Source: Lentisphaerota bacterium
GTDB taxonomy: Bacteria > Verrucomicrobiota > Lentisphaeria > Oligosphaerales > JABHEG01
NCBI GenBank assembly: GCA_018676675.1
Contig: JABHEG010000296.1
Span: 14,554-78,553, forward strand
Length of the DNA: 64,000 nucleotides
Reading direction: 5' to 3'
Shown here: positions 1 to 9,942 of the stretch, in pieces
Layout of the letters: every line of letters begins with the position of its first letter
Numbering within the stretch: position 1 is the first letter of the stretch
Notes under the pieces: generated by a model
The model's database searches: none
Seen by the model: only the letters and a program-made list of their open reading frames with translations
Told to the model about the DNA's origin: nothing
Translations under genes and position numbers: made by a program

Positions 1-261
1 GAGGGTCATGCCGCGGCCTGTTGCGTCCTCAGCCTGCTTAATGGCGTCTCTGAGCATGGGCACGGGCATGCCCATGCAGGCATCGACCCCGGCCTGCATG
101 AAAACGCCGATGATGTCTGCAAGATTCTCACGCGTCTGGTATGACTTGATGAATTTGTCCTTGGCCGCGCTGGTGTGGCTCCATCCCAGAAACCAGTTGG
201 TCCCGATGATCATCCGGGAAACGGACACCCCGCCGACGGTGGTTCGTGGAAAATCGGACAT
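1..261 (-). CDS. hypothetical protein, N-terminal part only (gene runs off the window start)
   Basis: Minus-strand ATG at 261-259 with AAGGAGGA about 7 nt upstream. Frame is open to position 1, so it is absent from the ORF track. N-terminus MSDFPRTTVGGVSVSRMIIGTNWFLGWSH. Family not recognised. Confidence 0.6.
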   Translation of the reverse strand, partial: MSDFPRTTVGGVSVSRMIIGTNWFLGWSHTSAAKDKFIKSYQTRENLADIIGVFMQAGVDACMGMPVPMLRDAIKQAEDATGRGMTL

Positions 262-408
262 CTGAGTTCCTCCTTCGTTCGGGACGGCAACGTCAACGGC
301 CCATGGCGTCTAAAGGCCTCGGGCCAACCGTGTGCTTCGCAGCGCCAATCTATGTGCCGGTGAACCAGGCAGACAGCAGGTGGCAGCGACCGGGACAGAG
401 CGGATGGG

Positions 409-2832
409 CTACCGAGCCCCTCGCCGCCCCAATAGCGGGTAGAACACCATTCGCGGGAACACGAACAGACAGACAAGGGCAATGATCAAGTTGATGCCCC
501 ACTTGCTCCCGGGAACCAAGCCCATGGGGCCGAACAGCACATAGGCCAACGCTCCCCCAAGGGCCATCCAGACCGTCAACAACAGACGCACACGAGGCTT
601 ACACCAGGTTGCGAGCATTTGCGGAACGTTGAACGCCAAATCGAAGATCCAGTGCTCAAAGAGGGCGCCCCGCTCACCGAAAACGGGCACGATATGCACT
701 GCGGATGTGGCCCAGCGACTGGCGAGAAACCGGGCCAGACGGGGATAGGTCGTGGTCATCTGTAGCGGGAAGGCAAGGTAACCAATGTACTTAACGAACG
801 ACAGAGGAGCAGCCACCAGATAGTCCCTGAGGTTCCGTTCCCGGATCATCAGATAGAGCACATACCCTCCGCGACAGAGGGAGCCCGGTGAAATCGGGGT
901 GACCTGAAACAACACGAGAATTGCAGCAAAGACGACGGTCGCATCCGCCCAAGTTCGACCTTGAGCCAGGAGAAAGGCAACCGCAACCGCACCACAAGCG
1001 ATACTGACAACCTGGGTCACAGGTATGGTCGCGAAGTGGACTGCCAGACACTTGAGATATTTCACGATGAACGGGTCTCGGACGCGACCGGCAATGGCGG
1101 CGTGTTCTTCCTCGGAGAGCATTCCCTCATCGCGTCCCTCCTTCAGCATATCCAGGAACCACTGCTCCCGGAAGGCAGCATCCCGGAAGAAGAGGAGGAT
1201 GAAGCCGACGACGAGCTTGATCCGCTCCAGCACGAATGCCGGGTTGGTGACAGCCCGATGGATGACCGGTAGAGCGGTAGCTAAACAAACGCCAAAAACG
1301 GCAACTGCACCGACCAGGAAGGTCGTGACCGAAAGTCCGTCCGGCAAACCACGGAAAGCGTACCAGATTGCGGAGAAGACCACGAGAAAGGCGAGAACCT
1401 TGCCTGCTATACCTGCTGCACGCAGCAACCCCCATTCCAGAAGAAAGCGCAAAGGACGGTCCGCCAGCCAACGCGCACGTGACTCACTGACTCGTCCGGC
1501 TCGGTGCCACTCAACGAGTACGGTCAGCGCCTTGGCTCGAGCAGCTTCGAGGAAGTAAGCGGGGGATGCAAGAAGGCTGAGCGCATGATGCCGGTAGGCA
1601 GCATTCCCCCAGAACCGGCGGATGAAGGCCCCCACAATGGGAAGAACACCGAGTAGATAGAAGAGCACAAAAGTGGGGAGACACGAGCGCAAGCGCTCCG
1701 CGAAAGCAGGACCAACAAGAGCTCCTCCCGCATAGCCTTCGATCAGACCATCGCGGACATCACGGCGCAGCTCGCCGTCGATCAGCAGTCCCCAGCCCTG
1801 GTGCGTAACGTCAGGCAAAGACCGTCGGTAGATTCGATCCTGATCCCGCAATTCCGCAATGGCGTTCTGCAAATCGGCAAACTCGGAGGCGTGTTCCGCG
1901 ACAAACGCGTCAAAGGTCGGGAAATCGCAGCGGTCAAACTGCACCAGCGCCCGGCGTCTGAAAAGGCCGCTTAGAATCAAACGGAAGTCGCCTGGGCTCA
2001 TAGGGAGAAACGGAAGGAGCGCTATCCCGGCCCGGAAGTCGATAGCACAGTGCGCCTGCTCCGGCGCCACGTCTCCCAGGTCAGTTCTGAGCAACACGTT
2101 GGGCTGGCTTTTCATCGTCCACCACTCGTACTGCCGGGCGAACTCGGGTGCCCCCATGTCATGCAGCAAACCGACCATCCGTGCCATAAACTGGTGCTTC
2201 GCCACATACTCCCGGCTGCTCGACTCGTGGGGATCTGTCCGTTCCCATCTGCGTCGCTGCCAGAGCGCTGCGTCAACTTCCAAGAGCCAAGTCCGTCCTT
2301 CCACCCATTCGGTAATTTCACCGAACGCGCTCAGTTCTGGGTCCCAAAAGGATGCATAGGCATCTTTGATGGCGGTTTCTCGACCAAAAGCGACCTGAGC
2401 CCCACGGCGGAACATCTTCTGCCAGAGGAGGCCTGCCCGGCAAGCGCCGGCGTTCACCTGGGAGCTGAACGGGCCCTGGTAAGCAAGCCAGAACATGGTG
2501 TTGCGGAAACGCGCGGCCGACGGACTGGGAGGAATCACGATCTTGACAGCATACTGGCCACCTTGAGACAACCCGGGAATCCGGCCGTCATCGTCCAAAG
2601 TGAGCTGCTCAAGGCGGGCTCTGTAGACCTGTCCCGCAAAGCCCCCTCCGAGGAACTTCTCCAGGCGCAGAACAGCATCTCCCGCGATGTCCGGAACCAC
2701 CCCTCTTATCGGGACGGTAAGAACGTGACCGGACTCATACCTCACTGGGGGAGAGCGGAAATGGACGGGAGCATTGCGCAGCCGTTCCGCAAACTGCGTG
2801 CAAAGCTCTGGTGAGTAGTTGCGTTTAGCCAT
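409..2832 (-). CDS. polytopic membrane protein with N-terminal protein-kinase-like (possibly pseudokinase) domain
   Basis: 807-aa ORF. Has a Gly-rich loop GGGFAGQVYRA, a Lys in YAVKIV and a DFG-like IDFRAG. No Asp at N-5 of the QPNVLL segment. The C-terminal ~480 aa are strongly hydrophobic with many TM-like stretches. Confidence 0.7.
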   Translation of the reverse strand: MAKRNYSPELCTQFAERLRNAPVHFRSPPVRYESGHVLTVPIRGVVPDIAGDAVLRLEKFLGGGFAGQVYRARLEQLTLDDDGRIPGLSQGGQYAVKIVIPPSPSAARFRNTMFWLAYQGPFSSQVNAGACRAGLLWQKMFRRGAQVAFGRETAIKDAYASFWDPELSAFGEITEWVEGRTWLLEVDAALWQRRRWERTDPHESSSREYVAKHQFMARMVGLLHDMGAPEFARQYEWWTMKSQPNVLLRTDLGDVAPEQAHCAIDFRAGIALLPFLPMSPGDFRLILSGLFRRRALVQFDRCDFPTFDAFVAEHASEFADLQNAIAELRDQDRIYRRSLPDVTHQGWGLLIDGELRRDVRDGLIEGYAGGALVGPAFAERLRSCLPTFVLFYLLGVLPIVGAFIRRFWGNAAYRHHALSLLASPAYFLEAARAKALTVLVEWHRAGRVSESRARWLADRPLRFLLEWGLLRAAGIAGKVLAFLVVFSAIWYAFRGLPDGLSVTTFLVGAVAVFGVCLATALPVIHRAVTNPAFVLERIKLVVGFILLFFRDAAFREQWFLDMLKEGRDEGMLSEEEHAAIAGRVRDPFIVKYLKCLAVHFATIPVTQVVSIACGAVAVAFLLAQGRTWADATVVFAAILVLFQVTPISPGSLCRGGYVLYLMIRERNLRDYLVAAPLSFVKYIGYLAFPLQMTTTYPRLARFLASRWATSAVHIVPVFGERGALFEHWIFDLAFNVPQMLATWCKPRVRLLLTVWMALGGALAYVLFGPMGLVPGSKWGINLIIALVCLFVFPRMVFYPLLGRRGAR

Positions 2833-3071
2833 AAAAAGGAGGAAGGTGGCGGTCGCAAACGTCTACACGCCTCTTTACCGCCGTCAGACGCGATCATCAG
2901 TGGTAAAAACGGCCACAAAAAGCCGCTAAGATGTAACTGCACACCATAAGAGCCGAAGCTGGTTTTGGAAAGCGCAACGACCGTGGTTCGCAGGAACGAA
3001 ATCGTTCAGTTGCAGTTGGCCCACACAGAGCTACCTTTCTTGATCCAGATTAGACCAAACACTCTTGAGAG

Positions 3072-4055
3072 GTGTCGACGATGATTCGTTTCCGGGGGAA
3101 CCGCTCGTACCTGTACCTCCTGATGGCTGCTACTTTGCTGCCGGGCGTTTTGGTGTATGGCGCCGACGCGAAGAGCGCCGCGGCTAAGAAGAAGGAGCTG
3201 GCAAAAGCCACCAAAGCGGCCCAGGCAGCCGCCAAGAAAGCTGAGGCCGCTGCGCTGAAAGAACTGAAGCACATCTGCACAGTTGCGGAGAGTGCGGGCG
3301 AACTGACCAAGGCGATCGAGTTTTCCACGAAACTCCGTGACCTGCAGCCCAAAGCGGTCGAGCACTATTCGCGGCTCCTTCGCCTGTACCGGCGAGCCGG
3401 AATGGCAGAGGATGTGGTCGCGACCTACCGGGGCATGTTGACCGTGAAGCCAGGTAACGTTGCCCACACGGTCGGTCTCGGAAAAGCACTGTATCACCTT
3501 GACCGCAAGAAGGAGGCCCGGGCCATCTGGGACGGCTTGCTGGCAGGGGAGAAGGTCCCAGCCGCAACCTACCGAACGGTGGGGAATGCCTACCGAGACG
3601 AGAAGCTGCTGGAACAGGCGTTGGTCATCTACCGGGAAGGGGAGAAACACCACCCTAAGGATGCCTACCTGGCCTCGGGACAAGGAGACGCCCTTGACCG
3701 ACTGGGGCGAACGGCGGAGGCGATAGAAGCCTATGAAAAGGCACGGGGTGCGATGCCGAACACCCGAAGCGTCGATCGTAAACTGGCACGTCTGTACGCG
3801 GTAGCTGGAGTTCAGGAAGATGTGCTGGTTCGGCGATGGGAACTCGCCGACAAGCGTATTGAGGAACTGGTGGCACTCCACGAACAGCTGGGCCAGAAGC
3901 TGACCGAGAGCAAACGTCATAAGGAGGCCGTTCTGGCCTATGAAAAGGCTCTTGGCTATACTCGCAGTGAGGACAGCAAGGCACGAATCGAGAAGAGCCT
4001 CGCGGCTTCTAGGGCTGCGTTGCTGCCTCCCAAAGGCGCCACCAAGAATGAGTGA
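3072..4055 (+). CDS. secreted TPR-repeat protein
   Basis: GAGAGGTG SD before the ATG. Signal-peptide-like N-terminus, a Lys/Ala-rich linker, then repeated TPR-like A..Y..G/A..EEA units. Confidence 0.8.
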   Translation: MSTMIRFRGNRSYLYLLMAATLLPGVLVYGADAKSAAAKKKELAKATKAAQAAAKKAEAAALKELKHICTVAESAGELTKAIEFSTKLRDLQPKAVEHYSRLLRLYRRAGMAEDVVATYRGMLTVKPGNVAHTVGLGKALYHLDRKKEARAIWDGLLAGEKVPAATYRTVGNAYRDEKLLEQALVIYREGEKHHPKDAYLASGQGDALDRLGRTAEAIEAYEKARGAMPNTRSVDRKLARLYAVAGVQEDVLVRRWELADKRIEELVALHEQLGQKLTESKRHKEAVLAYEKALGYTRSEDSKARIEKSLAASRAALLPPKGATKNE

Positions 4056-5577
4056 CGCCGCCCAGCAGGCACCGGGGACGCCGTTGGCGGCGGGCTCATC
4101 GTTCCGCGCACGACTGCCCTCTGCTGCCTGCGCCGCTGCGCTTGCCGTGACGGTGTCAGCTCTGGCACTCCCTTCCATTCTTGAGGCGAGCCCTGCTGGC
4201 CAGAAGGGGGATGCTCCATCGGCCTTCGCCGCCCAGATGACCATCGCGACACTTCAGGATCAGATACGGGCTGACCGGGTGGCTATCGCCAATGAACTCA
4301 GAGCCATGGCGACGGACTACTGGGAGCTCGACTGCCGGACCGAGGCCTTGAGGGCCCTAACCCGCCTTCTCGAAGTGGATGATTCGGGAGAGACAGACGT
4401 CCTCTTCGCTGCCCTCTGCTATGCAACGCAGGGGGCCCCGGAAACGGCGACTACGCTGCTCCTAGCCTGGGCGGAACGTCATGCGCAGCACCAGCCTTCG
4501 ATCCGCCTCTGTCGGGCGATAAGCGTCTTCGCTGATGCCGCGGGCCGTTCCTCAACCGCTGACGAGTGGCGTGGGCGAGCAGCGGAGGAGAGGAAGGACG
4601 CTGTGGGACAGCGTTGGTCCGCCGCGTCGTGGTTAAGTTGGGCAGGACTGACTGACGTCGCCGGCTCCGAACGGGAAGCGATACTGAGGGAGGCGCCGGC
4701 GAGCTCAACCGCAACCTATGTTCTGCAGGCAAGGGCCCGCAACGCACTGGCTACCAACCAATTCACGGAAGCGGCCGACGCTTACATTGAAGCCGGGAGG
4801 AGGCACGCTGACAGAAGCGGTTTCTCCGGGCGGGCCCGTATGGATGGCGCAACCGGGTTTGCTTGTAGAGCAATCGCGCTGGACCTCGAGGGAGATGATG
4901 AGGGAGCGCGCGCAGCGATGCTCTGCGCCGAGCGCTGGGCCGGTGGAGAGCCCGGCTCGCTTGGCCGCCTACTTTGGGTTCTGGAAAAGGCATCTCCGGC
5001 CCCATGGGTTGTTGCGCTCGTCCGGCGCGTTGCGGACCACGGGACCCAGGCCAAGGTTGATGCCGGCACCGCGGAAATCGCCCATGAGGCCAAGCGCTGG
5101 CTGGGGACCAAACTGCAGGGCGACGTCATCCTCAAGCAACGCCGACGTCCCGAACGCGCGGAACTGAACGCCTTGCTTGCCCCCCTGGACCGAGTGGTAT
5201 GGGTGGCTCAGGATACCGCCGCCACACACTTGCGATGGGTTGGGACGGCAAACCAGTTCGTCCTCTTGGACGATGCCCGGAAGTGGGAAGTGCGACGTTG
5301 GCCGGATGTTATGTTGGATATGGATCGTGGGGCTCTGAAAATTCGGGATGCGGCCTTCAATGAAGATGCTGTCTGGATTGGGACGACGTGCGGCCTCTTC
5401 CGTTACGACCGGCGAGCGGATGAGTGGACGCAGGAAGTGATAGACGACCTGCTTTTGGGAGCCGAAACCGATGCCGTCGTGATGGGGACTGAAACACTCA
5501 CCGTGCGCGTCATCCGCGATGGCGTCGCCGAGAGATGGAGATACTGGTGGAACGACGATACGTGGCAACAGGACTGA
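4048..5577 (+). CDS. hypothetical secreted protein
   Basis: The internal ATG at 4048 overlaps the upstream stop (ATGA-type coupling). An Ala-rich hydrophobic signal-like segment follows. C-terminus has a AVWIGTTCGLFRYD propeller-like motif. Family not recognised. Confidence 0.65.
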   Translation: MSDAAQQAPGTPLAAGSSFRARLPSAACAAALAVTVSALALPSILEASPAGQKGDAPSAFAAQMTIATLQDQIRADRVAIANELRAMATDYWELDCRTEALRALTRLLEVDDSGETDVLFAALCYATQGAPETATTLLLAWAERHAQHQPSIRLCRAISVFADAAGRSSTADEWRGRAAEERKDAVGQRWSAASWLSWAGLTDVAGSEREAILREAPASSTATYVLQARARNALATNQFTEAADAYIEAGRRHADRSGFSGRARMDGATGFACRAIALDLEGDDEGARAAMLCAERWAGGEPGSLGRLLWVLEKASPAPWVVALVRRVADHGTQAKVDAGTAEIAHEAKRWLGTKLQGDVILKQRRRPERAELNALLAPLDRVVWVAQDTAATHLRWVGTANQFVLLDDARKWEVRRWPDVMLDMDRGALKIRDAAFNEDAVWIGTTCGLFRYDRRADEWTQEVIDDLLLGAETDAVVMGTETLTVRVIRDGVAERWRYWWNDDTWQQD

Positions 5578-7019
5578 CGGTGCTCGCCGTTCTCATGGGG
5601 ACGGCTTTGGGTGCCCCCAGAACGGGTACAGTCGCCGTTTGCTTCGAGGCGGAACTGGCCAATCGCCTTGAACCTGTCATGGAGATCCATGAGGAGGGCC
5701 GTTGCAGCGGGGGCAGAGCGGTTGTTATCCGGCAGGGAGCGGGGGCGGGACAGTCAAGCACCGGAGCAAATGGAACGGCCCTCTACTCCGTCCCAATCCC
5801 CGCCAGTGGGCGGTACGACGTGTGGCTGCGGGCACGCTGGCTTGACGAATGCAGCAACTCCATTCTCCTGCTGCCTCCCGGCGGCACACTTTGCACGGTC
5901 ACAGACCACACGTTCGGCAATTGGCACTGGGTGCGTGGCTGCGCCCCTCATTTGGAGGCAGGGAACCACACGTTCATGTTGCGGAATCGGGAAGATGGAG
6001 TCGCTGTGGACCAGTTCCTCATCCTGTCAGCAGGCCAGAAGCCTCCGCGCGGAGTCGTTCGCCCAAACGTCGTTCCAGGCAATCCGTCAGGGCCCCAGAA
6101 GCACAACTCACTCGCTTTGGCGGTCACGGCGGTTCCTCGCAAGCTGCCGGGAAAGCCGCCTCGGCGCTATGACGTCCGCCACAGTCTGGGAGGAACGGGG
6201 GACGGGGCTGCTTACCCGGCCATGGTCTGCGCTCTCCCAGGAGTCGCGATTGACCTGGATCTCTGGCTGCGGAACAACACCAGCACTCCGGCTCACGGAG
6301 CCGTTCGCCTGCGGCAAATCGCAGGACTCCGGCTCAAGAAGTCGGAGTCCCAGGACGTGACGGCCGCAGAACACAGTCTGAGCCAAGTCTCCTTCACCGT
6401 CGTTCCTGAGGAAGAACTACCCATCGGAGAGCACCCAGTGCGTTTCCATATCCGGACCGGGCGAAAACTCCGTCGGGCGGGAACACGTCTGATCCGGCCA
6501 CTGGAGTGGCAGTTTGCGGGACCTTTTGATCACCCGGCCAAGAGCACCATTGATGTTGCTCACCCACCTGAGACGGACGGAGTCCGGAGGAAGACGTACA
6601 CGGCAGGAAAGAAGACCGTTGGCTGGAAGACATATCCACGGCACAAGACCTACAGCCCCTTCGGCTTTGTCGACTTGGTTCGCCTGTTCGGAGATGTCCG
6701 CTGGAAGGCCTGCTACGCCCGAACTCAGATTACGGTCCGAGAGAGTGGAGACTGCCAGCTCGTGTTGATGGGAGACGACATGGTCAGAGTGTGGATCGAC
6801 GGCGTCCGCACAGCTACCGCGGATGCCGCATTGCCGGCGACACTCAACCGTCGCATGGCACGAATCACGCTGACTGCGGGGAAGCATGATGTCCTGCTGA
6901 AGAGCTGCCAAGCCCGGAACTACTGGGAGTTCTTCGTCACCTTTGCGCCGCTGGCCGGGCGTCCTCCCGCAGTTTTTGGCGTGCCTTTAGCCAACCAGGA
7001 CTGGGGATCCCCGAAGTGA
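5535..7019 (+). CDS. secreted protein with CBM-like N-terminal domain and PA14-like C-terminal domain
   Basis: Signal peptide (TGLTVLAVLMGTALGAP). The segment ALYSVPIPASGRYDVWLRARW...NWHWV is typical of carbohydrate-binding beta-sandwiches. GDDMVRVWIDG is a PA14-like motif. The start is uncertain because of a 43-nt overlap with the upstream gene. Confidence 0.65.
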   Translation: MEILVERRYVATGLTVLAVLMGTALGAPRTGTVAVCFEAELANRLEPVMEIHEEGRCSGGRAVVIRQGAGAGQSSTGANGTALYSVPIPASGRYDVWLRARWLDECSNSILLLPPGGTLCTVTDHTFGNWHWVRGCAPHLEAGNHTFMLRNREDGVAVDQFLILSAGQKPPRGVVRPNVVPGNPSGPQKHNSLALAVTAVPRKLPGKPPRRYDVRHSLGGTGDGAAYPAMVCALPGVAIDLDLWLRNNTSTPAHGAVRLRQIAGLRLKKSESQDVTAAEHSLSQVSFTVVPEEELPIGEHPVRFHIRTGRKLRRAGTRLIRPLEWQFAGPFDHPAKSTIDVAHPPETDGVRRKTYTAGKKTVGWKTYPRHKTYSPFGFVDLVRLFGDVRWKACYARTQITVRESGDCQLVLMGDDMVRVWIDGVRTATADAALPATLNRRMARITLTAGKHDVLLKSCQARNYWEFFVTFAPLAGRPPAVFGVPLANQDWGSPK

Positions 7020-7056
7020 GCCTCTTCGTCCCAGCTGCCTAATGACAGTGGCCCAG

Positions 7057-7560
7057 TTACTCTGTCGGGATCTTCATGATGTAGTGAACCTGCCGGGCGA
7101 TCTCCTCAAACCCCAGCTTGGGATACAGGTCGATACAGGCTGTGTTCTGCTCAAGCGTCTCGATTCGGACATGTGACATCCCGTTCCCGCTGAGATGCTC
7201 GATCGCCGCCGCGATCAACCTGCGTCCCACTCCTCTCCTTCGCATGTCCTTACGCACGGCCAGATGCAGGATTCGCCCAATCCCTGCCTCGGCATCAGTG
7301 ATCGCGGTGACGAAGCCAACAAGAGTGTGGTCTTGATCCTCGAGGACCAGAACATCCGACGGGCTCCCATCCAGTTCGTTCAGTAGAGCCCGCGTCTTGC
7401 GCCACTCCCAGTCACGCCCATGGATAACTCCATGGAGCTGCTCAATGTTCTGGTCGATTGAGACGCCTCTGAAGCAAGCAAGCGTCAAGGCCACGACCGT
7501 TTCGCGGTCGCCACGCTCATAGGGCCGGTTTAGTGCATTCACTCCTGCAGTCCTTTCCAC
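7057..7560 (-). CDS. GNAT family N-acetyltransferase
   Basis: GTG start with a GAGGA SD. Acetyl-CoA motif RRRGVGRRLIAAAIEHL. Confidence 0.85.
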   Translation of the reverse strand: MERTAGVNALNRPYERGDRETVVALTLACFRGVSIDQNIEQLHGVIHGRDWEWRKTRALLNELDGSPSDVLVLEDQDHTLVGFVTAITDAEAGIGRILHLAVRKDMRRRGVGRRLIAAAIEHLSGNGMSHVRIETLEQNTACIDLYPKLGFEEIARQVHYIMKIPTE

Positions 7561-7918
7561 ACGTCCTCATTTGCAGAACCGCTCAAAATCTCACACACTC
7601 TGATGCTCTTTGCCGATTTGACCAGCTTGACCTGTGTGCTCGCGCACACTTCCTCGCGACAACCCAAGGCCGTGTTCCCAGAGAGAAGACGGACTGCCAC
7701 CCGTTCCTTCGGTCCGCGGAAACGTCACTTTCGGCGGCCTGGAGGACATTGCAGATCCTTCCTCCTTCCAGTATGGTAATAGAGCTTGTTTCGAGCTTTT
7801 GGGAGTGCCCGATTCCAAGCTGGTCTGCCCGAGTGCAGGCCGCATTTGTTATTGGGTAGTGAAGAGGGCTGACTGGACTGTCTAAGGACTGTTTCTTATA
7901 CTCGGAGATGCCCTGACG

Positions 7919-9445
7919 ATGGCACGTATTCTGGTCGTGGATGATGAACGGAGCATGCGAATCACGCTGCAGGAATTCCTCTGCGATGACGGACACTACG
8001 TTCAGGTGGCAGGAGATGCCGAGACGGCGCTTGAGACGCTGGGAAACGAGTCCTTCGATGTCGTCGTTTCTGACATCATCCTTCCTCGCACTTCGGGTGT
8101 TGAACTGCTTGAGCAGATCCGCGAAAAATCCCCTGACATACAAGTGATCATGATGACTGGAGAGCCGACGGTCGACACTGCCGCATCCGCGGTCCGTTCC
8201 GGCGCAGTAGACTACCTCCTTAAACCGATCGGGAAAAGGGAAATACTCCGTGCTGTCGCCAACGCTGCTCGAGTCAAAGAGCTCAGTGAAGAGAAACAGC
8301 GACTGGAACGGGCCAACCGACGCTATCAGGAGAACCTCGAGCAGCTTATTGATGATCGGACGCGAGCGTTGCGGGAAAGCGAATCGCGCCTGATGGAGGC
8401 CCAGCGAATTGGTCGAATCGGCAACTGGGAATGGGACAGCCGGCATGATGCCCTCTATTGGTCCGAACAGATGTGCAGGCTTTTCGGCCTGGCGACCGGG
8501 GAAGCCCCAACGTCCTGCGCGCAGCACCTCGAACTCGTCACCGAGGAAGATCGGCAGACATACCGGGAGGCAATCCAACACACGTTGCGCACCGGGGAAG
8601 ACTTCGAGTTGGAGCACAGCGCGGTTCGACCGAAGCAGAATGAACACGTCGTGATTTGGGTCCGGGGCAATGTACGGCTCAACGCCTCCGGTGAGGCGAT
8701 CGGGATTCATGGAACGGCGCAGGATATCACCGAGCGGAAGCAGGCCGAGGAGCAGATTCAGACCTCGTTGGAGGAAAAGGAGGTGCTCCTGCAGGAAGTT
8801 CATCACCGGGTGAAGAACAACCTGGCCGTCATTTCAGGGCTTCTGGACCTTCAGTCCCGGACGGAGAAAGCACCTTCCGTGCGGGAAGCGCTCCAGACAA
8901 GCCGCATGCGGATTCAGGCGATGTCCAGCATCCATGAGCAGCTCTATGGTTCCCTCAGCTTGGCTCAGGTGGACATGGCAGAATACATGAGCCAACTCGT
9001 TTCCACGATCCGGGCTTCATACGGCGCTGACAGACTTGAGCTTGAACTCCTCTTTGCGGGGGTCCACCTCGATCTGGACACGGCCATCCCTTGTGGCTTG
9101 ATCGTGAACGAGCTCTTCACGAATTCCCTCAAACACGCGTTCCCGGTTGCTCCTGGCGACATACCTTCTGAGAAAGCCCCCCAAAATAGAGTCTTTGTGA
9201 GCCTACAGCCGGTCGACACAAACTATGAACTCATAGTGCGAGACAACGGCAAGGGGTTGGGCGCTTCCTTCCAAGTTGAGGCAACCGGGTCTTTGGGCCT
9301 TAGAATTGTCCGAATGCTGGCGCAACAGCTCAAAGGGAACCTTGAGCACCGCTGTGTGGATGGTACGGAATTTCGTCTCCTTTTCCCCATCAGAAAGCTG
9401 ACGGGACGGGACGACGCTCCCTCTCCGCGGGACGCCGGGAAGTGA
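7919..9445 (+). CDS. hybrid sensor: N-terminal receiver (REC) - PAS - HisKA_2-type histidine kinase
   Basis: REC domain (ILVVDDE...VVVSDIILP...DYLLKP), a coiled coil, PAS (IGNWEWD...), H-box EVHHRVKNNLAVISGLLDLQ, N-box ELFTNSLKHAF, and VRDNGKGL / GSLGLRIV. Confidence 0.9.
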   Translation: MARILVVDDERSMRITLQEFLCDDGHYVQVAGDAETALETLGNESFDVVVSDIILPRTSGVELLEQIREKSPDIQVIMMTGEPTVDTAASAVRSGAVDYLLKPIGKREILRAVANAARVKELSEEKQRLERANRRYQENLEQLIDDRTRALRESESRLMEAQRIGRIGNWEWDSRHDALYWSEQMCRLFGLATGEAPTSCAQHLELVTEEDRQTYREAIQHTLRTGEDFELEHSAVRPKQNEHVVIWVRGNVRLNASGEAIGIHGTAQDITERKQAEEQIQTSLEEKEVLLQEVHHRVKNNLAVISGLLDLQSRTEKAPSVREALQTSRMRIQAMSSIHEQLYGSLSLAQVDMAEYMSQLVSTIRASYGADRLELELLFAGVHLDLDTAIPCGLIVNELFTNSLKHAFPVAPGDIPSEKAPQNRVFVSLQPVDTNYELIVRDNGKGLGASFQVEATGSLGLRIVRMLAQQLKGNLEHRCVDGTEFRLLFPIRKLTGRDDAPSPRDAGK

Positions 9446-9497
9446 AGAACCCAGGCACGAGGATAGGTCACTTGGGAAGGACGCGCGGAAAGCTCCT

Positions 9498-9890
9498 GTG
9501 AAAACACCCTCCATTCTGATCGTTGAAGATGAAGTGCTGGCAGCGGAGAGCCTGCGGTTCACGCTGGAGGATTTGGGGTACGACGTGGTTGGAGACATTT
9601 GCCTGGATGGCCGCGAGGCGGTCTCCCTGGCGAAGACGCTCATGCCTGACCTGATTCTGATGGATATGAGCCTGCAAGGCGACCTGAACGGGCTGTCTGC
9701 CACCAAAGAAATTCTCCGGGAAAGAGCCGTCCCGATCATATTCATGACAGGATACGGCGACAGTCAGACGCTGGATCGCATTCGCTCCTCGGGAGCCTGG
9801 GGATGCCTCCCCAAACCTGTTGAAGAGAAGAAACTTGCGGAGGTGATTGCACAAGCACTGGCGGCGACCAGTCAAGCGAATCGGGCCTGA
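9498..9890 (+). CDS. single-domain response regulator (CheY-like receiver)
   Basis: GTG start. Motifs ILIVEDE, DLILMDMSL and PKP. 130 aa with no output domain. Confidence 0.85.
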   Translation: MKTPSILIVEDEVLAAESLRFTLEDLGYDVVGDICLDGREAVSLAKTLMPDLILMDMSLQGDLNGLSATKEILRERAVPIIFMTGYGDSQTLDRIRSSGAWGCLPKPVEEKKLAEVIAQALAATSQANRA

Positions 9891-9942
9891 ACGCCCCCCC
9901 AACGGGGGACTGCGCGGCCCCGCTTGCGCCCCCACGCCCCAA

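Noticed and set aside
3006-4244. 412-aa minus-strand ORF
   Set aside because: Fully antisense to the well-supported TPR gene and the start of the next gene. Its Arg/Gly/Ala/Ser-rich low-complexity translation is typical of shadow ORFs in GC-rich DNA.
7583-8806. 407-aa minus-strand ORF
   Set aside because: Antisense to the REC-PAS-histidine kinase gene, which has unmistakable motifs. There are no recognisable motifs in the shadow frame.
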